From positions 64,001 to 128,000 of the IMG/VR virus record IMGVR_UViG_3300030419_007131: a stretch of 64,000 nucleotides of DNA. One strand, 5' to 3'. A program made the position numbers and the translations under genes. Below the pieces are notes generated by a model. The model had not been told where the DNA came from, made no database searches, and saw nothing but the letters and a program-made list of their open reading frames with translations. This document shows positions 28,110 to 38,259 of the stretch, piece by piece. How positions within the stretch are numbered: the first letter of the stretch is position 1; each line of letters starts with the position of its first letter. This stretch comes from a virus.

Positions 28110-29654
28110 TTATTCTTCAACCCTAAATTTAAACGTCTGAGGTTGTTCCTCCCACGACCCTATACTGTCATTATAATAAGCGAGCTTTATTTCATACATA
28201 TAATCCGGCGCTAACATTGAAATATCAAGATCAAAATAGTTGCCCGCGTCGTCATATGAAAGATATGTACTAAGATCAGATCCTGTCCCAAATGGAATAG
28301 CTACATAGTTGTCCGTTACGCGTGTAACAGAAAAGGAGGCGCTTTCCATAATGTCAGTTGGATTATTGGCGGTCGATACAGTATAAACGGTAGGACTCCA
28401 ATCCTTGTCTCTAATGAAAAACCTAAACCTAGATGTATCTGTTTGAGAATATTTTTTCTTCAAGTTAGTGCAAGAGGTGATTTTGTTAAAAGTGGGCGCC
28501 GAAGCATACGTGGGAAAAAGCTCCGGGTAGAAAGAGCCTGTGCGGAACTCTACGCCGCCGGAGTGCCAAACGTCATGCATGGCCAGCACACGCGTCGAGG
28601 CGGCCGTCAGGGCCACCTCACACTTATATATGCCCGGGCTTACATAGCTAGCCGTCGCATTAAGGTCGCCCGACGCTGCAACGCCACCGCCGACAGGGAG
28701 AACGAGTTTAGAAGCAGTGGGCGCACTGTTTGAGCTAGAATAAAAAGAAACCAGTAAGTTATTGGTGCCGACTGCTGGAATGTTCACGAGGCGCCCTCGA
28801 ACATAATTGTACAAATATAAGGTATTAAGATTGTCCGCAGCGGGGGCGGCGGAGCTTGAATAATAAATGTTCTCCCTGTTATCCATTATGCGGGAGTCCC
28901 ACCGAGCTTCAATCAGCGGCCGCTTAAAAAAGAACTCAGTAGAACGAGCAAAAAACTTCTTAGTATAATAGGATTCTTGGGCCCCCTGGATGTTGTTAAT
29001 AAGAACTGACGTGTCTTGACCTGTAGAGCTTGAGAAATATGCCTCTTGGCTGGCAGTAAGTCGTACGCCAAACCCATAGTTGTTAATGACCCCAATCGCA
29101 GGAGTGACTCCCTCAAACTTTAGCCACTCTTCGATTATGTGACTCACATCAAGCTCTATATCCTCATAGCCTTGCGGAAACGAAACATTATAGTTAGATG
29201 CTGTTAGATAATCTCCACCAATGGAGGTCCAAAATGTAGAATTATCCGACTTACTCCAGTTGGCTGAACCAAAGTCTTGATAGTTGTCCATATCTAAGCC
29301 GGTGCCTTCGGCCCAAGACCGTGAGACCGGGGCGATTACAAGATTAAATCCTTGTGGTAACGTCCAGGGATGGCGGGCGTTAAACATCCTTAAGTAAAAT
29401 GAAACGCTTCCTGATGCAGGAATACTACCAGCCGTCCTCTGGGCTGCTATGGTTGAAACAGGAAACTGAATTAGGACCCGGGACAACTCTTGGGATTGTC
29501 CAGTTGTTGAGCCGGAACTCTGCCCATAAATAGAAAAGATTTCTAATGAATCGGCATAGCCCATATTAGAGCCGGTGCCCCTCAGGCGCAAGTTGTCTTC
29601 AAACGCATTCGTTATTGTTGTATCTGCGCTAGCTGTATATCTTACAATGGCCAT
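28110..29654 (-). CDS. baseplate-associated structural protein
   Basis: 514 aa, beta-rich and S/T-rich. Coupled to the gp6 stop codon; sits between gp6 and the giant protein. Confidence 0.55.
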   Translation of the reverse strand: MAIVRYTASADTTITNAFEDNLRLRGTGSNMGYADSLEIFSIYGQSSGSTTGQSQELSRVLIQFPVSTIAAQRTAGSIPASGSVSFYLRMFNARHPWTLPQGFNLVIAPVSRSWAEGTGLDMDNYQDFGSANWSKSDNSTFWTSIGGDYLTASNYNVSFPQGYEDIELDVSHIIEEWLKFEGVTPAIGVINNYGFGVRLTASQEAYFSSSTGQDTSVLINNIQGAQESYYTKKFFARSTEFFFKRPLIEARWDSRIMDNRENIYYSSSAAPAADNLNTLYLYNYVRGRLVNIPAVGTNNLLVSFYSSSNSAPTASKLVLPVGGGVAASGDLNATASYVSPGIYKCEVALTAASTRVLAMHDVWHSGGVEFRTGSFYPELFPTYASAPTFNKITSCTNLKKKYSQTDTSRFRFFIRDKDWSPTVYTVSTANNPTDIMESASFSVTRVTDNYVAIPFGTGSDLSTYLSYDDAGNYFDLDISMLAPDYMYEIKLAYYNDSIGSWEEQPQTFKFRVEE

Positions 29655-31453
29655 TATTGGACGGAGCCCCTAATGTCTATGTTTGGAAACTTCATTTCAA
29701 AAACACTATTGATATCTGCTTCTATGCGGCGCCCATCTGCTGTAAGGGCCCCATTAAAATCGAACGAGGAGTTGGCATAGGCGCCGCCTTCCTTGCCCTC
29801 TATCTCTAAATCTATTACATCAATAATTCCCGGAACCTTCTGTAACACTTTATAGAACTCAGTTATCAAGATGGACTCTCCGATCTCGTACTGGTTATTG
29901 GCCAGCCATGCACGGAGTGCAGCATTGGCCTTATTAAGCACCGTGAATCGATCGGCATTGAGGTCCAAAGCCACGACGTATTTGATTCCAAAGTTAACGA
30001 TGACTGCATTTAGTATGTCTACGGTATCGTTGATCATTTTATATTGCAGAAGCCACGTTTTTAAATTATTTTTTAGTGTCTCATTAGGGATAGTTAGCTT
30101 TCCGCTAGAATCTTCTGAGATTGTGTAGACATTAATATTCCTCTTCATGGCGCTGAAGTCTCTTTCTATTGCCACTCGCTTAAGGGAACCAAATTTGCCA
30201 GGCATCCCATAACAGATGGCCTGATAGTCCTCTATCGTAACGGCCCTGTTTTGAGTTGCATAATAGCCGTACACGCGTTGCCTGATCTCGTCCGAGGATG
30301 GAAGAGAAATATCTCCTACGAACTGCTCTTCGTTTGTAACCTCTAGAGAGTTACGAATACTGGCACGAGTAGCAGCCGCCAAAGTTGATTGTGCAACAAA
30401 CTTAAATCTTGTTGATTCTACAGTGTTAATGGTACCAACCCCTGCATTAACATCATCTGTAGTATTAACTCGGAATCCCACTCGCACCGTCGTGTTAGCT
30501 GGCGCAATACCGAACTTATCGCTATTGATAAGGTTTGTGGGGTCAAAGTCTTCATCAGTAGTGTAGTCGCGCCCATTCATGTTTAACACTAAACTAGACG
30601 GATCAACCACCGAATTGGATAAAAGCTCCGAATCCGAACCGTATCCGAACTGTAAATAAGTTGTAGTATCGGAGGGCTCTACCACAAACCGACGAGCGAC
30701 GGGAATAGCTTTCATAACATTTCTTACTGTGCCATTGGTAGCGGTGTTGGTATTGCGAATACCTTTGTATATAACGTTTTGAGACAAATGATTTACTTGA
30801 ATATACTCATGCCCTTCTGAATCAAAGCAGTCGATCACCTCGGCGACGTTCGTCAGCCCTAAATCTAGTCGACGGAAGCGCTCAAAGGCACCTATAGTAA
30901 ACTCTTTATAAGATGCGCGGCCGGAAACGGCGCGCCCTTGCGCTCTGATGACAAAATTAGTAGGATTGCCAGTAGTGGTGTCAACGGTACCAACCACTAT
31001 CTGATTGCCGGACTGGCCAAAGTCTACATCTTCTAATAAAGTATAAGAACCGCCGCCGGTGGATCCGAAGATTGCGCCAGCCTGTAAAACCGGTGCGTAG
31101 TTAAGATCGGGGCCGGCGGCATTAGAATTGGCAGGGATTTGGATATAAAAGGTAAGCACCCCATAAGAAGAGGGGCTCCTATTGAGCTTGAAGCCCATTT
31201 GGCGGGCAAGGCGAATGACATTATTATACTCAACTGCAGTTTCTAGAAAGCTCTCGTTGGCCTGGTAATCTACATAGAAAGAGAGAATATCCCCGATGTA
31301 TGCTACCGTATCAAGCATGAGGGAGCCAAAAGAGGCTTTATTAAAGTCTTTATAGGTATTTGGATAATACCTTTTGGCATAATTTTCAAGATCTTGTCGA
31401 ATCGAATCAAAATCTCTACTTGTATAATCTATGGGGAGTAATTTCTTAGACAT
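29654..31453 (-). CDS. baseplate wedge subunit (T4 gp6-like)
   Basis: IDYTSRDFDSIRQDL...YKDFNKASFGSLMLDTVAYIGDILSFYVDYQANESFLETA and QNRAVTIEDY are characteristic gp6 motifs. Confidence 0.9.
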   Translation of the reverse strand: MSKKLLPIDYTSRDFDSIRQDLENYAKRYYPNTYKDFNKASFGSLMLDTVAYIGDILSFYVDYQANESFLETAVEYNNVIRLARQMGFKLNRSPSSYGVLTFYIQIPANSNAAGPDLNYAPVLQAGAIFGSTGGGSYTLLEDVDFGQSGNQIVVGTVDTTTGNPTNFVIRAQGRAVSGRASYKEFTIGAFERFRRLDLGLTNVAEVIDCFDSEGHEYIQVNHLSQNVIYKGIRNTNTATNGTVRNVMKAIPVARRFVVEPSDTTTYLQFGYGSDSELLSNSVVDPSSLVLNMNGRDYTTDEDFDPTNLINSDKFGIAPANTTVRVGFRVNTTDDVNAGVGTINTVESTRFKFVAQSTLAAATRASIRNSLEVTNEEQFVGDISLPSSDEIRQRVYGYYATQNRAVTIEDYQAICYGMPGKFGSLKRVAIERDFSAMKRNINVYTISEDSSGKLTIPNETLKNNLKTWLLQYKMINDTVDILNAVIVNFGIKYVVALDLNADRFTVLNKANAALRAWLANNQYEIGESILITEFYKVLQKVPGIIDVIDLEIEGKEGGAYANSSFDFNGALTADGRRIEADINSVFEMKFPNIDIRGSVQ

Positions 31454-31469
31454 AATGGTATCTCGTTAA

Positions 31470-31862
31470 TTAGTTATTTACCTTAATTTCTAATACCGTA
31501 TTTTGCTGCAAAGGCACAATAGTAAAAGATATAGCTAGGTTTATGGTGTAGGGATGTAAGTTAGGATTTGATTCGGGTGTTTGGAAATCAATATTGTCAA
31601 TTCTTATATAGGGCAGATGAATGGCCACCTGTTCCCGGATGCGTCCGGCGACATCAGAGTAGGTTACAACCGTATTTGGTTCAAACAAATATTGTTTAAG
31701 ACCCACTCCAAAAGTCGGATACATAATGCGTTCGCCTGGTACCGTAAGAATCAGCATCTTAAGGTTTTGTTTGGCCAAAGACTCAAAAGTCCTATTAAGG
31801 TCGTAGGGGCCAAAAACGTCATTGGTGCTTAGCGGTAACTTAACTGATAATCCTGCAGCCAT
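31470..31862 (-). CDS. baseplate wedge protein (T4 gp25-like, sheath initiator)
   Basis: NLKMLILTVPGERIMYPTFGVGLKQYLFEP matches the GPW/gp25 motif; adjacent to gp6. Confidence 0.9.
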   Translation of the reverse strand: MAAGLSVKLPLSTNDVFGPYDLNRTFESLAKQNLKMLILTVPGERIMYPTFGVGLKQYLFEPNTVVTYSDVAGRIREQVAIHLPYIRIDNIDFQTPESNPNLHPYTINLAISFTIVPLQQNTVLEIKVNN

Positions 31863-31864
31863 TT

Positions 31865-34800
31865 TTATTCTTCATCCTCCTCACAACGCGTAGCTTCGCC
31901 GCGGCCTGTAAGATCTGCATTTGCGTTTCCGCCAAAACCAAAGTCAGCAGCCACATTAGCATCTGGGCCTGGAAGCTCGATATTAATTAGTGAGAGTAGC
32001 AAATAAATCAGTCCCAAAGGAGTGGGAGGAATCATTAGCATGCCACTAATGGTACCTGTGAAGTCAACCCCATCCAGAGAGATGCGTGGAAAGAAGTTGG
32101 TGGGAGGATCTGGGGCGCCTTCAGGCTTGGGAAAATCTCCCATCGCTGCCGCAATCATACACAGGATAATCCCTAGCAAGTCTGAGCCACTCAGGGGACT
32201 GTCGGGGAACTGGTCCAGTACCTTGTCTAATTCGGCCGCTAACGCATTAAAGGCTGCGCCTGTACCAGTTTTAATAATCTTTGTGACCACAACATGAGGA
32301 TCAATCATCTCAATGACACCCTTAAGAATATTAATAGGAGTCATGATGAGCATCTTCAAAATATAGTCGCGTGCCATCGTATCGGTATTCGGGGTATCCA
32401 TACTGAGCGCTGTGTTGCGTGCGGCGCTGCGGCGGATTCGGGGACGAGTATCAAAATGATCTTGGTTTTGAATGGTTTGCGACAGAATACTTATCACCCT
32501 ATCCTTGGTGGTCTGCATCGCATCCTCGATATCACTAAAATAAAGATTAGTAAGATAAAAATTCTGGATGATTGGTATCAGTGTGATTAATTCCTGGCTG
32601 AACACACTACTAAAATAATCTTTATATTCCGGCTGGGCCAGGATGTGGTCTATCTCTAGAGGGTTGAGCGGTACATCATCGAACATTGCCGAATATGATT
32701 TGTCGTGTTGTGCGCCATTATAGTCTCCAGCGCCAGGTACGAGCGGCGCTGCAGCGTCCGGTACCCTAAGTGGTTCTGAAATTTCCAACAAAAGGACGGG
32801 ACCCTTCTGGGTAGCTGTGCCGGCTGTAATATTTTGCCAAAGTCGGAACTCTACGTCGACCGTACCAGTGTTGTAGGCCACGTGGGTGCGTGTCCAAAAT
32901 ACACGATGAACTGAGCGGTCGGCCGGAGGGTTGAAATAGGAGGGCTGAGCAGGTCGGGTGAGATCATTTCCAAATGTCCTCACTATTTCTTCAGTTTTTA
33001 GTTTGAGTTGTTGTTTCCATCCAATTGTCCCTATAAAAGCTCGCCGGCGCTTGCCGGTCTGTTTCCCTTCCGGATCGATTGCTGTGATTTGCTGGTCGTT
33101 CAGGCCTGCGTACATCTCATCGAAAGATCGCGGTACCGTGTATGCTTTAAAAGAAGATAAGAAGAGGTCTTCCAGGGTCTTTTCACTCGTCATTGGGGTT
33201 GCTTCGGTTAAAGCATTTGAAACAGGACCTGGTGAATCCAGAGTACCCATAGAAAGTGTAATCCTCTGTTCGGTTAAGAAATCTACAATCTGGTAAAAAT
33301 CATCATCATTATATCTAAAGAGTGTCCCGGCCGGGAACACGATGTTGCCGTCCAGATCTTTAATCCCGGCAGATCCATCGGCCGAGACTCTTTTTACCTT
33401 GCGGTTAAAAATGTCTATAATCGCATTTCTAATCTTCTCAGATTCGGTGTATACCACGGCTTCTTCAAAGCGGCCACGAGTTTTAGGGCAGTCGCCTTCT
33501 ACAGCTGCAGCAGCTTCTTGCTCTCTGGCATACTTGGCGGCAGCCCGGGCGTCGACGGAATCAAAATATCTATCGATAGAGCCCCTGATTTGATCTCGCA
33601 TATAAACAACAATGAATTCTTTACCAAAGAGATCATCGAGTTTGATCGCTGAAAATACAAAAATGTTTTTTATGATAAACTCGGCTATATGAACTTGTAT
33701 CAACAGCAAAAACATGCCTATCTTAATCGTGTCCCTCAGGCGATTGCGCGACGGAATGTCAGAGTCCTGGCACGCAGACTCTAAATATTCGTCTTGCATT
33801 TGGTCAAAAATACCCTGGACGTCTAAGAGGTCGGCCACATCACCAACTGCACAGTTGAGATTATCATGGAAAAAGTTAACTGCATTTAAAGACGCGGCAT
33901 CAAAAATACCATTGGCGATAAAATAATCAAATACCTGATCAAGGATCTCGGCATAAGTGTAAGGAAAGTATTTTCGTTCTGCCGTGGCAAGACCATTCGC
34001 GCCGACTACATCCTTGATCGCATCGACATACGGTACCAAACTTAAGTTATTAAAATCTTCTACCACTTCCGATTTAAACTCGTCGATTTGATTGGAGGTG
34101 CCCAGAATGTCAGATAAACTCACGGTCAAAGGATCGGCTATCACCTTGTCATCTGTTGCATCAACATAGCCCACATAATTCAGCTGAATGCTTTGTTCGG
34201 TTCCCCCGGTGCGGCGTGGAAACGAAAAAGTTATCTTCTCGCGCTCAATCCCGCTGTATAGTCTGTGCTGCGAGTCGAAATATTCCCCAACGAAGTGATT
34301 CCTGACTGTATATTTCTGATTGTCATCATCCCATAACCTTGCCCGTGACATGTCGATATAATTGATAAACTTGTCATAAAACTGGCGCTTAAATACATAT
34401 TGAGTTGTTACGGGGCCGCCTGGGTTGTTATTTACCGAAGTTGCTATCTCTGTGACAGCTTCTTGGACCTCATTAAGTTTAGCTTGAAACGAGGGCAAGT
34501 CCAGGGCTGCTTGCAGCTGGATCCCGATTGAAGCTGCAGTTTGTCCTACAAGATCCGGATTTTCAGCGATGCAAGCTTGAAGCATGTCCGCGAACGGGGC
34601 GCCGGCGGCGTCAGTGTCTTGAAACATACTAATAACGCCCTCAAGAAATTCGAGGCTTCCTGAATTTGCTTGCGGAAGTTCTGGCCACTCAGAGGGGTCT
34701 ATCCCTACTTCGTTATCTTCAAAATCTGTATTCGTAAGACCTGAGGTAGGGTTGGCGCTTAAACTAGTATCTAAAAGAATTCGTTTAACAGCGTCTGCCG

Positions 34801-37210
34801 AATATAAAAACTGCAGCTCCACAAATTCGACCAAGTTACTAAACACTTCAGGAAGCATCCTGGTAACTGTAGGATCATTGACATAGTTGTCCAAGTCGGG
34901 ACAATCAAAATTAAAAACAGGAGGCGGCAGTCCAAGGCCCCCGCCAGCAGGATCGCCAGGCGTGCCCGAACCATTGCCATACGGATCCAAACCATTCTCG
35001 ATCAAATCCAAGAGGTCGTCTATGTTCTTCTGTTCTTCAATATCCAAGGACCGAAGATCATCTTCTGTTAAACAAATGTTGTCCTGATTGAGCAGCACAA
35101 CTGCATTCGCGATTTCGTCGCACAAAGCCAACACTCGCTTTCGATCTGCTATGGAAGCCAGATACCCAAACAGCTCCAAAATACGCGAAGGAGTAGAAAA
35201 GTTATTGGCAATAGCCTCGTTATCCAAAGACTTGTTGTACTCGATAATGCGATCCATGAGGTCCTCAGAGATTGCATCGCGGTATAGAAGCAACGTACAA
35301 ATATCAGTACCACTTAAGATATCCGACAGGCCGTCGAGATAATCCATTACCTCTGAAGGACTGAGGCCGTCTGGGCCTGGGGGTATTTGTCCTGCCTCAT
35401 CTGGACCCCCGCCGGGGGGAAGGCCTGCGCCGCCGGGAGAGCCCGTGTCTCCTAAATCAAAAGGCGTTCCGCCAATCTTTGGTGCAGCCAAGTTTATGAA
35501 ATCATTAAGATTGTTGTCTCCATAATTTGTGGCATAAGGATTCTTGCGGCGGCATGCTTGTCGCAGCATCTCGGCAAGCTGCAAAATTATAGCCAATATG
35601 GTTTTCTGAAGTTCAGAGAGAATTATCTTGAGTATCTCGCGTCGTAAGTCACCCGTAATGAGGAACATTGAGAACATGCTTGGGTCCATAACGGGGCGCG
35701 TATTGCCGCCAGCTGTAAGCTGACACTCTAATGAGGCCTCTAGCGCCAGCCTAATGCGTGCAATCTCGAAGTCGATGCCGAATCCCAAACACAACATCGC
35801 TTCGCGTGCAAGCTGTTTGAGTCCAAAGTTCCTCAATACCTGATCCAGATTGCCACTTAAGCCGGCAGCATCTAATAGATCGTCTTGGCCTGCGGCCGCA
35901 AACGGAGTAATTTCGGATAAAGGCTTTAGTTTGGCATTAATATCAATTCCCGTCTTTAAGGTTCGAGTCACTCCCTTCTCATTTACTTTCTCATAAAGCT
36001 CAGCGTTTGCTGATATCTCATTTCTGAGGATGAGTAGTTCGGAGGCGGTATAAGCTGTGGCCGAGGCTTGAAGACCATTAGTATCTTCTATCTCAATAAT
36101 GCCTATCTCAATAGCGGCGTTCAACAAATCATTGTTTTCGCCATTATTCCCAGGTTGGGTTACCTGCGGCTTATACAAAGCGCCGGGATCATAGCCCAAT
36201 TCATCAAGCATCCGCGGTGCGGTGACCATCAAAAACTCCCATAATGAAAAGGGCGTTCCTTCTTGGGCCGTTTCGCGCTTTCTCTGCAGCACGCGCTTAG
36301 AATTTTGAAGACACTGCAAAGTCAGTTGGTCATTAAAATGCTTGTCATACTCAACCAGAGTAAAGTAGCCGACAACCATGAACTCACTAGCGATTGAAAA
36401 GTTAACGGATTGAAAAGTTATTTGAGAGAAAGTTAGATCAGGCACAGGCTTGTCGGCGCCCTTTTGCGCAAAATAAAAGGTAACAGTGTCTCCATCTAAA
36501 AATTTGTAGTAAGGATCGCCTGCTCGCAATTCATCCACAATCTCTCTAAAGGCGCTGGTAATGAGTGTTTTAACTGACTTGCTTAAAAAGTTAAAGTCAA
36601 TATCCTTTACCACCGAGGGGATCTGGCCCTTCTTCTGTTGGTCGGCGAAAGTTTTAATTGTATTAGATAACTCGTTGGTAGTTTGATTCAGCGAAGAAAT
36701 ATTCACCTGACATTGATAGCGGGTGGGACCCACCTCTCGGGCCGCATTAAAATATTCTAAGTTGGGTAGATATTCAGGAAGCTGGTTTTGGACATCCGGA
36801 TTTATATACGTGTTACATATTAGCAACTGTCGTATCTCAAACACAGGTAGTTCAAGTTTAAAAACTACTATACTTTGATTTGGCAGAGCGGTGAAGCTAG
36901 AGCCATAATCCTCTATTGTGAGCGCATCCAGAATCTCGGTTCGGAGGGCTGTATATACCTGATCGTTGCCTCCGTTTTGTACGAACAGATCTGCATCATA
37001 AAGACGTATATAAAACTCCGGAAAATAATGAGTAATATAACGATCTGCCGCTATGTTCAAGAGATCCGCACTATCTGTTTTAATCGAGGCGTCAGATGTG
37101 TATTTTTTGGTCTTAAGCTTCAATCTATAAACGTCAGCAATCTCTTCCTTGAAAGGAATATTTACTGGATAAGAGAGATACTCTTTAAAATAGTTGAAGT
37201 TGGTTGCCAT
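31865..37210 (-). CDS. large hypothetical protein in the baseplate module (acidic, largely helical)
   Basis: 1781 aa ORF with Gly/Pro linkers and a hydrophobic C-terminal stretch. No family recognised. Confidence 0.55.
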   Translation of the reverse strand: MATNFNYFKEYLSYPVNIPFKEEIADVYRLKLKTKKYTSDASIKTDSADLLNIAADRYITHYFPEFYIRLYDADLFVQNGGNDQVYTALRTEILDALTIEDYGSSFTALPNQSIVVFKLELPVFEIRQLLICNTYINPDVQNQLPEYLPNLEYFNAAREVGPTRYQCQVNISSLNQTTNELSNTIKTFADQQKKGQIPSVVKDIDFNFLSKSVKTLITSAFREIVDELRAGDPYYKFLDGDTVTFYFAQKGADKPVPDLTFSQITFQSVNFSIASEFMVVGYFTLVEYDKHFNDQLTLQCLQNSKRVLQRKRETAQEGTPFSLWEFLMVTAPRMLDELGYDPGALYKPQVTQPGNNGENNDLLNAAIEIGIIEIEDTNGLQASATAYTASELLILRNEISANAELYEKVNEKGVTRTLKTGIDINAKLKPLSEITPFAAAGQDDLLDAAGLSGNLDQVLRNFGLKQLAREAMLCLGFGIDFEIARIRLALEASLECQLTAGGNTRPVMDPSMFSMFLITGDLRREILKIILSELQKTILAIILQLAEMLRQACRRKNPYATNYGDNNLNDFINLAAPKIGGTPFDLGDTGSPGGAGLPPGGGPDEAGQIPPGPDGLSPSEVMDYLDGLSDILSGTDICTLLLYRDAISEDLMDRIIEYNKSLDNEAIANNFSTPSRILELFGYLASIADRKRVLALCDEIANAVVLLNQDNICLTEDDLRSLDIEEQKNIDDLLDLIENGLDPYGNGSGTPGDPAGGGLGLPPPVFNFDCPDLDNYVNDPTVTRMLPEVFSNLVEFVELQFLYSADAVKRILLDTSLSANPTSGLTNTDFEDNEVGIDPSEWPELPQANSGSLEFLEGVISMFQDTDAAGAPFADMLQACIAENPDLVGQTAASIGIQLQAALDLPSFQAKLNEVQEAVTEIATSVNNNPGGPVTTQYVFKRQFYDKFINYIDMSRARLWDDDNQKYTVRNHFVGEYFDSQHRLYSGIEREKITFSFPRRTGGTEQSIQLNYVGYVDATDDKVIADPLTVSLSDILGTSNQIDEFKSEVVEDFNNLSLVPYVDAIKDVVGANGLATAERKYFPYTYAEILDQVFDYFIANGIFDAASLNAVNFFHDNLNCAVGDVADLLDVQGIFDQMQDEYLESACQDSDIPSRNRLRDTIKIGMFLLLIQVHIAEFIIKNIFVFSAIKLDDLFGKEFIVVYMRDQIRGSIDRYFDSVDARAAAKYAREQEAAAAVEGDCPKTRGRFEEAVVYTESEKIRNAIIDIFNRKVKRVSADGSAGIKDLDGNIVFPAGTLFRYNDDDFYQIVDFLTEQRITLSMGTLDSPGPVSNALTEATPMTSEKTLEDLFLSSFKAYTVPRSFDEMYAGLNDQQITAIDPEGKQTGKRRRAFIGTIGWKQQLKLKTEEIVRTFGNDLTRPAQPSYFNPPADRSVHRVFWTRTHVAYNTGTVDVEFRLWQNITAGTATQKGPVLLLEISEPLRVPDAAAPLVPGAGDYNGAQHDKSYSAMFDDVPLNPLEIDHILAQPEYKDYFSSVFSQELITLIPIIQNFYLTNLYFSDIEDAMQTTKDRVISILSQTIQNQDHFDTRPRIRRSAARNTALSMDTPNTDTMARDYILKMLIMTPINILKGVIEMIDPHVVVTKIIKTGTGAAFNALAAELDKVLDQFPDSPLSGSDLLGIILCMIAAAMGDFPKPEGAPDPPTNFFPRISLDGVDFTGTISGMLMIPPTPLGLIYLLLSLINIELPGPDANVAADFGFGGNANADLTGRGEATRCEEDEE

Positions 37211-37211
37211 A

Positions 37212-38231
37212 TTAGTTGGTAATATTATATTTGCTTAATATAAACTTTCCTTTGCAGCCATCAGCCGCCTCAGAGCCTCCGGGCGTTTCCAAATAATTAA
37301 GTTGTACCGAGTTCATTTTTTGCATTTGAGTATTCAGCTGCAATTCAACATTTGTTAACTTGTTGATCATCGACTCAATACCGTCGGGCATCAGACCCTC
37401 AAAGTCGGGTGAGGTTAGTTGGCCGTAGAAAGGGGAGCGATGAGTGTGTTTAATCAAGGCCTGAGTTAGGGCCCGATCTTCCACAACAAAGTTCTTAAAC
37501 AGCTCCCTTAAATCATTGATGTTGTCTATTATCTCTTCCAAACAATCCTTAAGATTGCCACCCTTCACCATAGGCTGTAAGTCTGAATCATCATTCATAG
37601 CCACCAGTTGTATACCATAATCGCCGGTATAAGCGCCCGTGAGGCTTCCCCCTTGAGAATTCTGGGCGTCGGTTCTGGTTATTAGTTTTATGTTTTCGCG
37701 GCCGACGATACGGACCACGTCTGCTTTTAGGGCAACAGCACTTTTCGGTGAATCAATCGATGTTGATCGGATGCCTTCGGTTATATCGAGATAATCATCT
37801 ATATCTGCTTTCTGAGATATATACACTCGCGCGGCGTCGTGGGTGAAACTGGGATCCACATTTATCTCTTCATTCTTTTTCGTGTGGCTTTTCCCGTACA
37901 CACCCATTTGTCCTGCAACTAAATCAATTGCCGCAGCATGTGTCTGGTTGGTGCCCCCGGTACCGGAATATATATTGTCCTTACGGTCGCGCTGGAGTCT
38001 AATAAGACATCCCTGGCCTTCAATCTGCGCGTCGCCCGGGCGAGAGACGGGTTTAGGCGTATCGTACGGGTGGCCCACTCTCTGACTCGTTCCCAACCCA
38101 TTGCTCTCGGCCTTTCCTTTCGCATCCTTAGAGTCGTACAATTTCTTATCAACATCCGACATAAGGTCAGTGTTAATCGCTTTACCGGTTCCTGCGCTAG
38201 ATTTTTCGTCTTTTAAATCAATTTCAGACAC
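37212..38231 (-). CDS. putative baseplate spike/hub protein (gp5 C-terminal-like)
   Basis: 339 aa, GGAG SD. Beta-strand-like AARVYISQK...AVALKADVVRIVGRE, PMVKGGNL and an HxH motif (KHTH). Lies upstream of gp25. Confidence 0.5.
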   Translation of the reverse strand: MSEIDLKDEKSSAGTGKAINTDLMSDVDKKLYDSKDAKGKAESNGLGTSQRVGHPYDTPKPVSRPGDAQIEGQGCLIRLQRDRKDNIYSGTGGTNQTHAAAIDLVAGQMGVYGKSHTKKNEEINVDPSFTHDAARVYISQKADIDDYLDITEGIRSTSIDSPKSAVALKADVVRIVGRENIKLITRTDAQNSQGGSLTGAYTGDYGIQLVAMNDDSDLQPMVKGGNLKDCLEEIIDNINDLRELFKNFVVEDRALTQALIKHTHRSPFYGQLTSPDFEGLMPDGIESMINKLTNVELQLNTQMQKMNSVQLNYLETPGGSEAADGCKGKFILSKYNITN

Positions 38232-38259
38232 TTACTTTCTCTCCTTTCTCAACGGGCCC

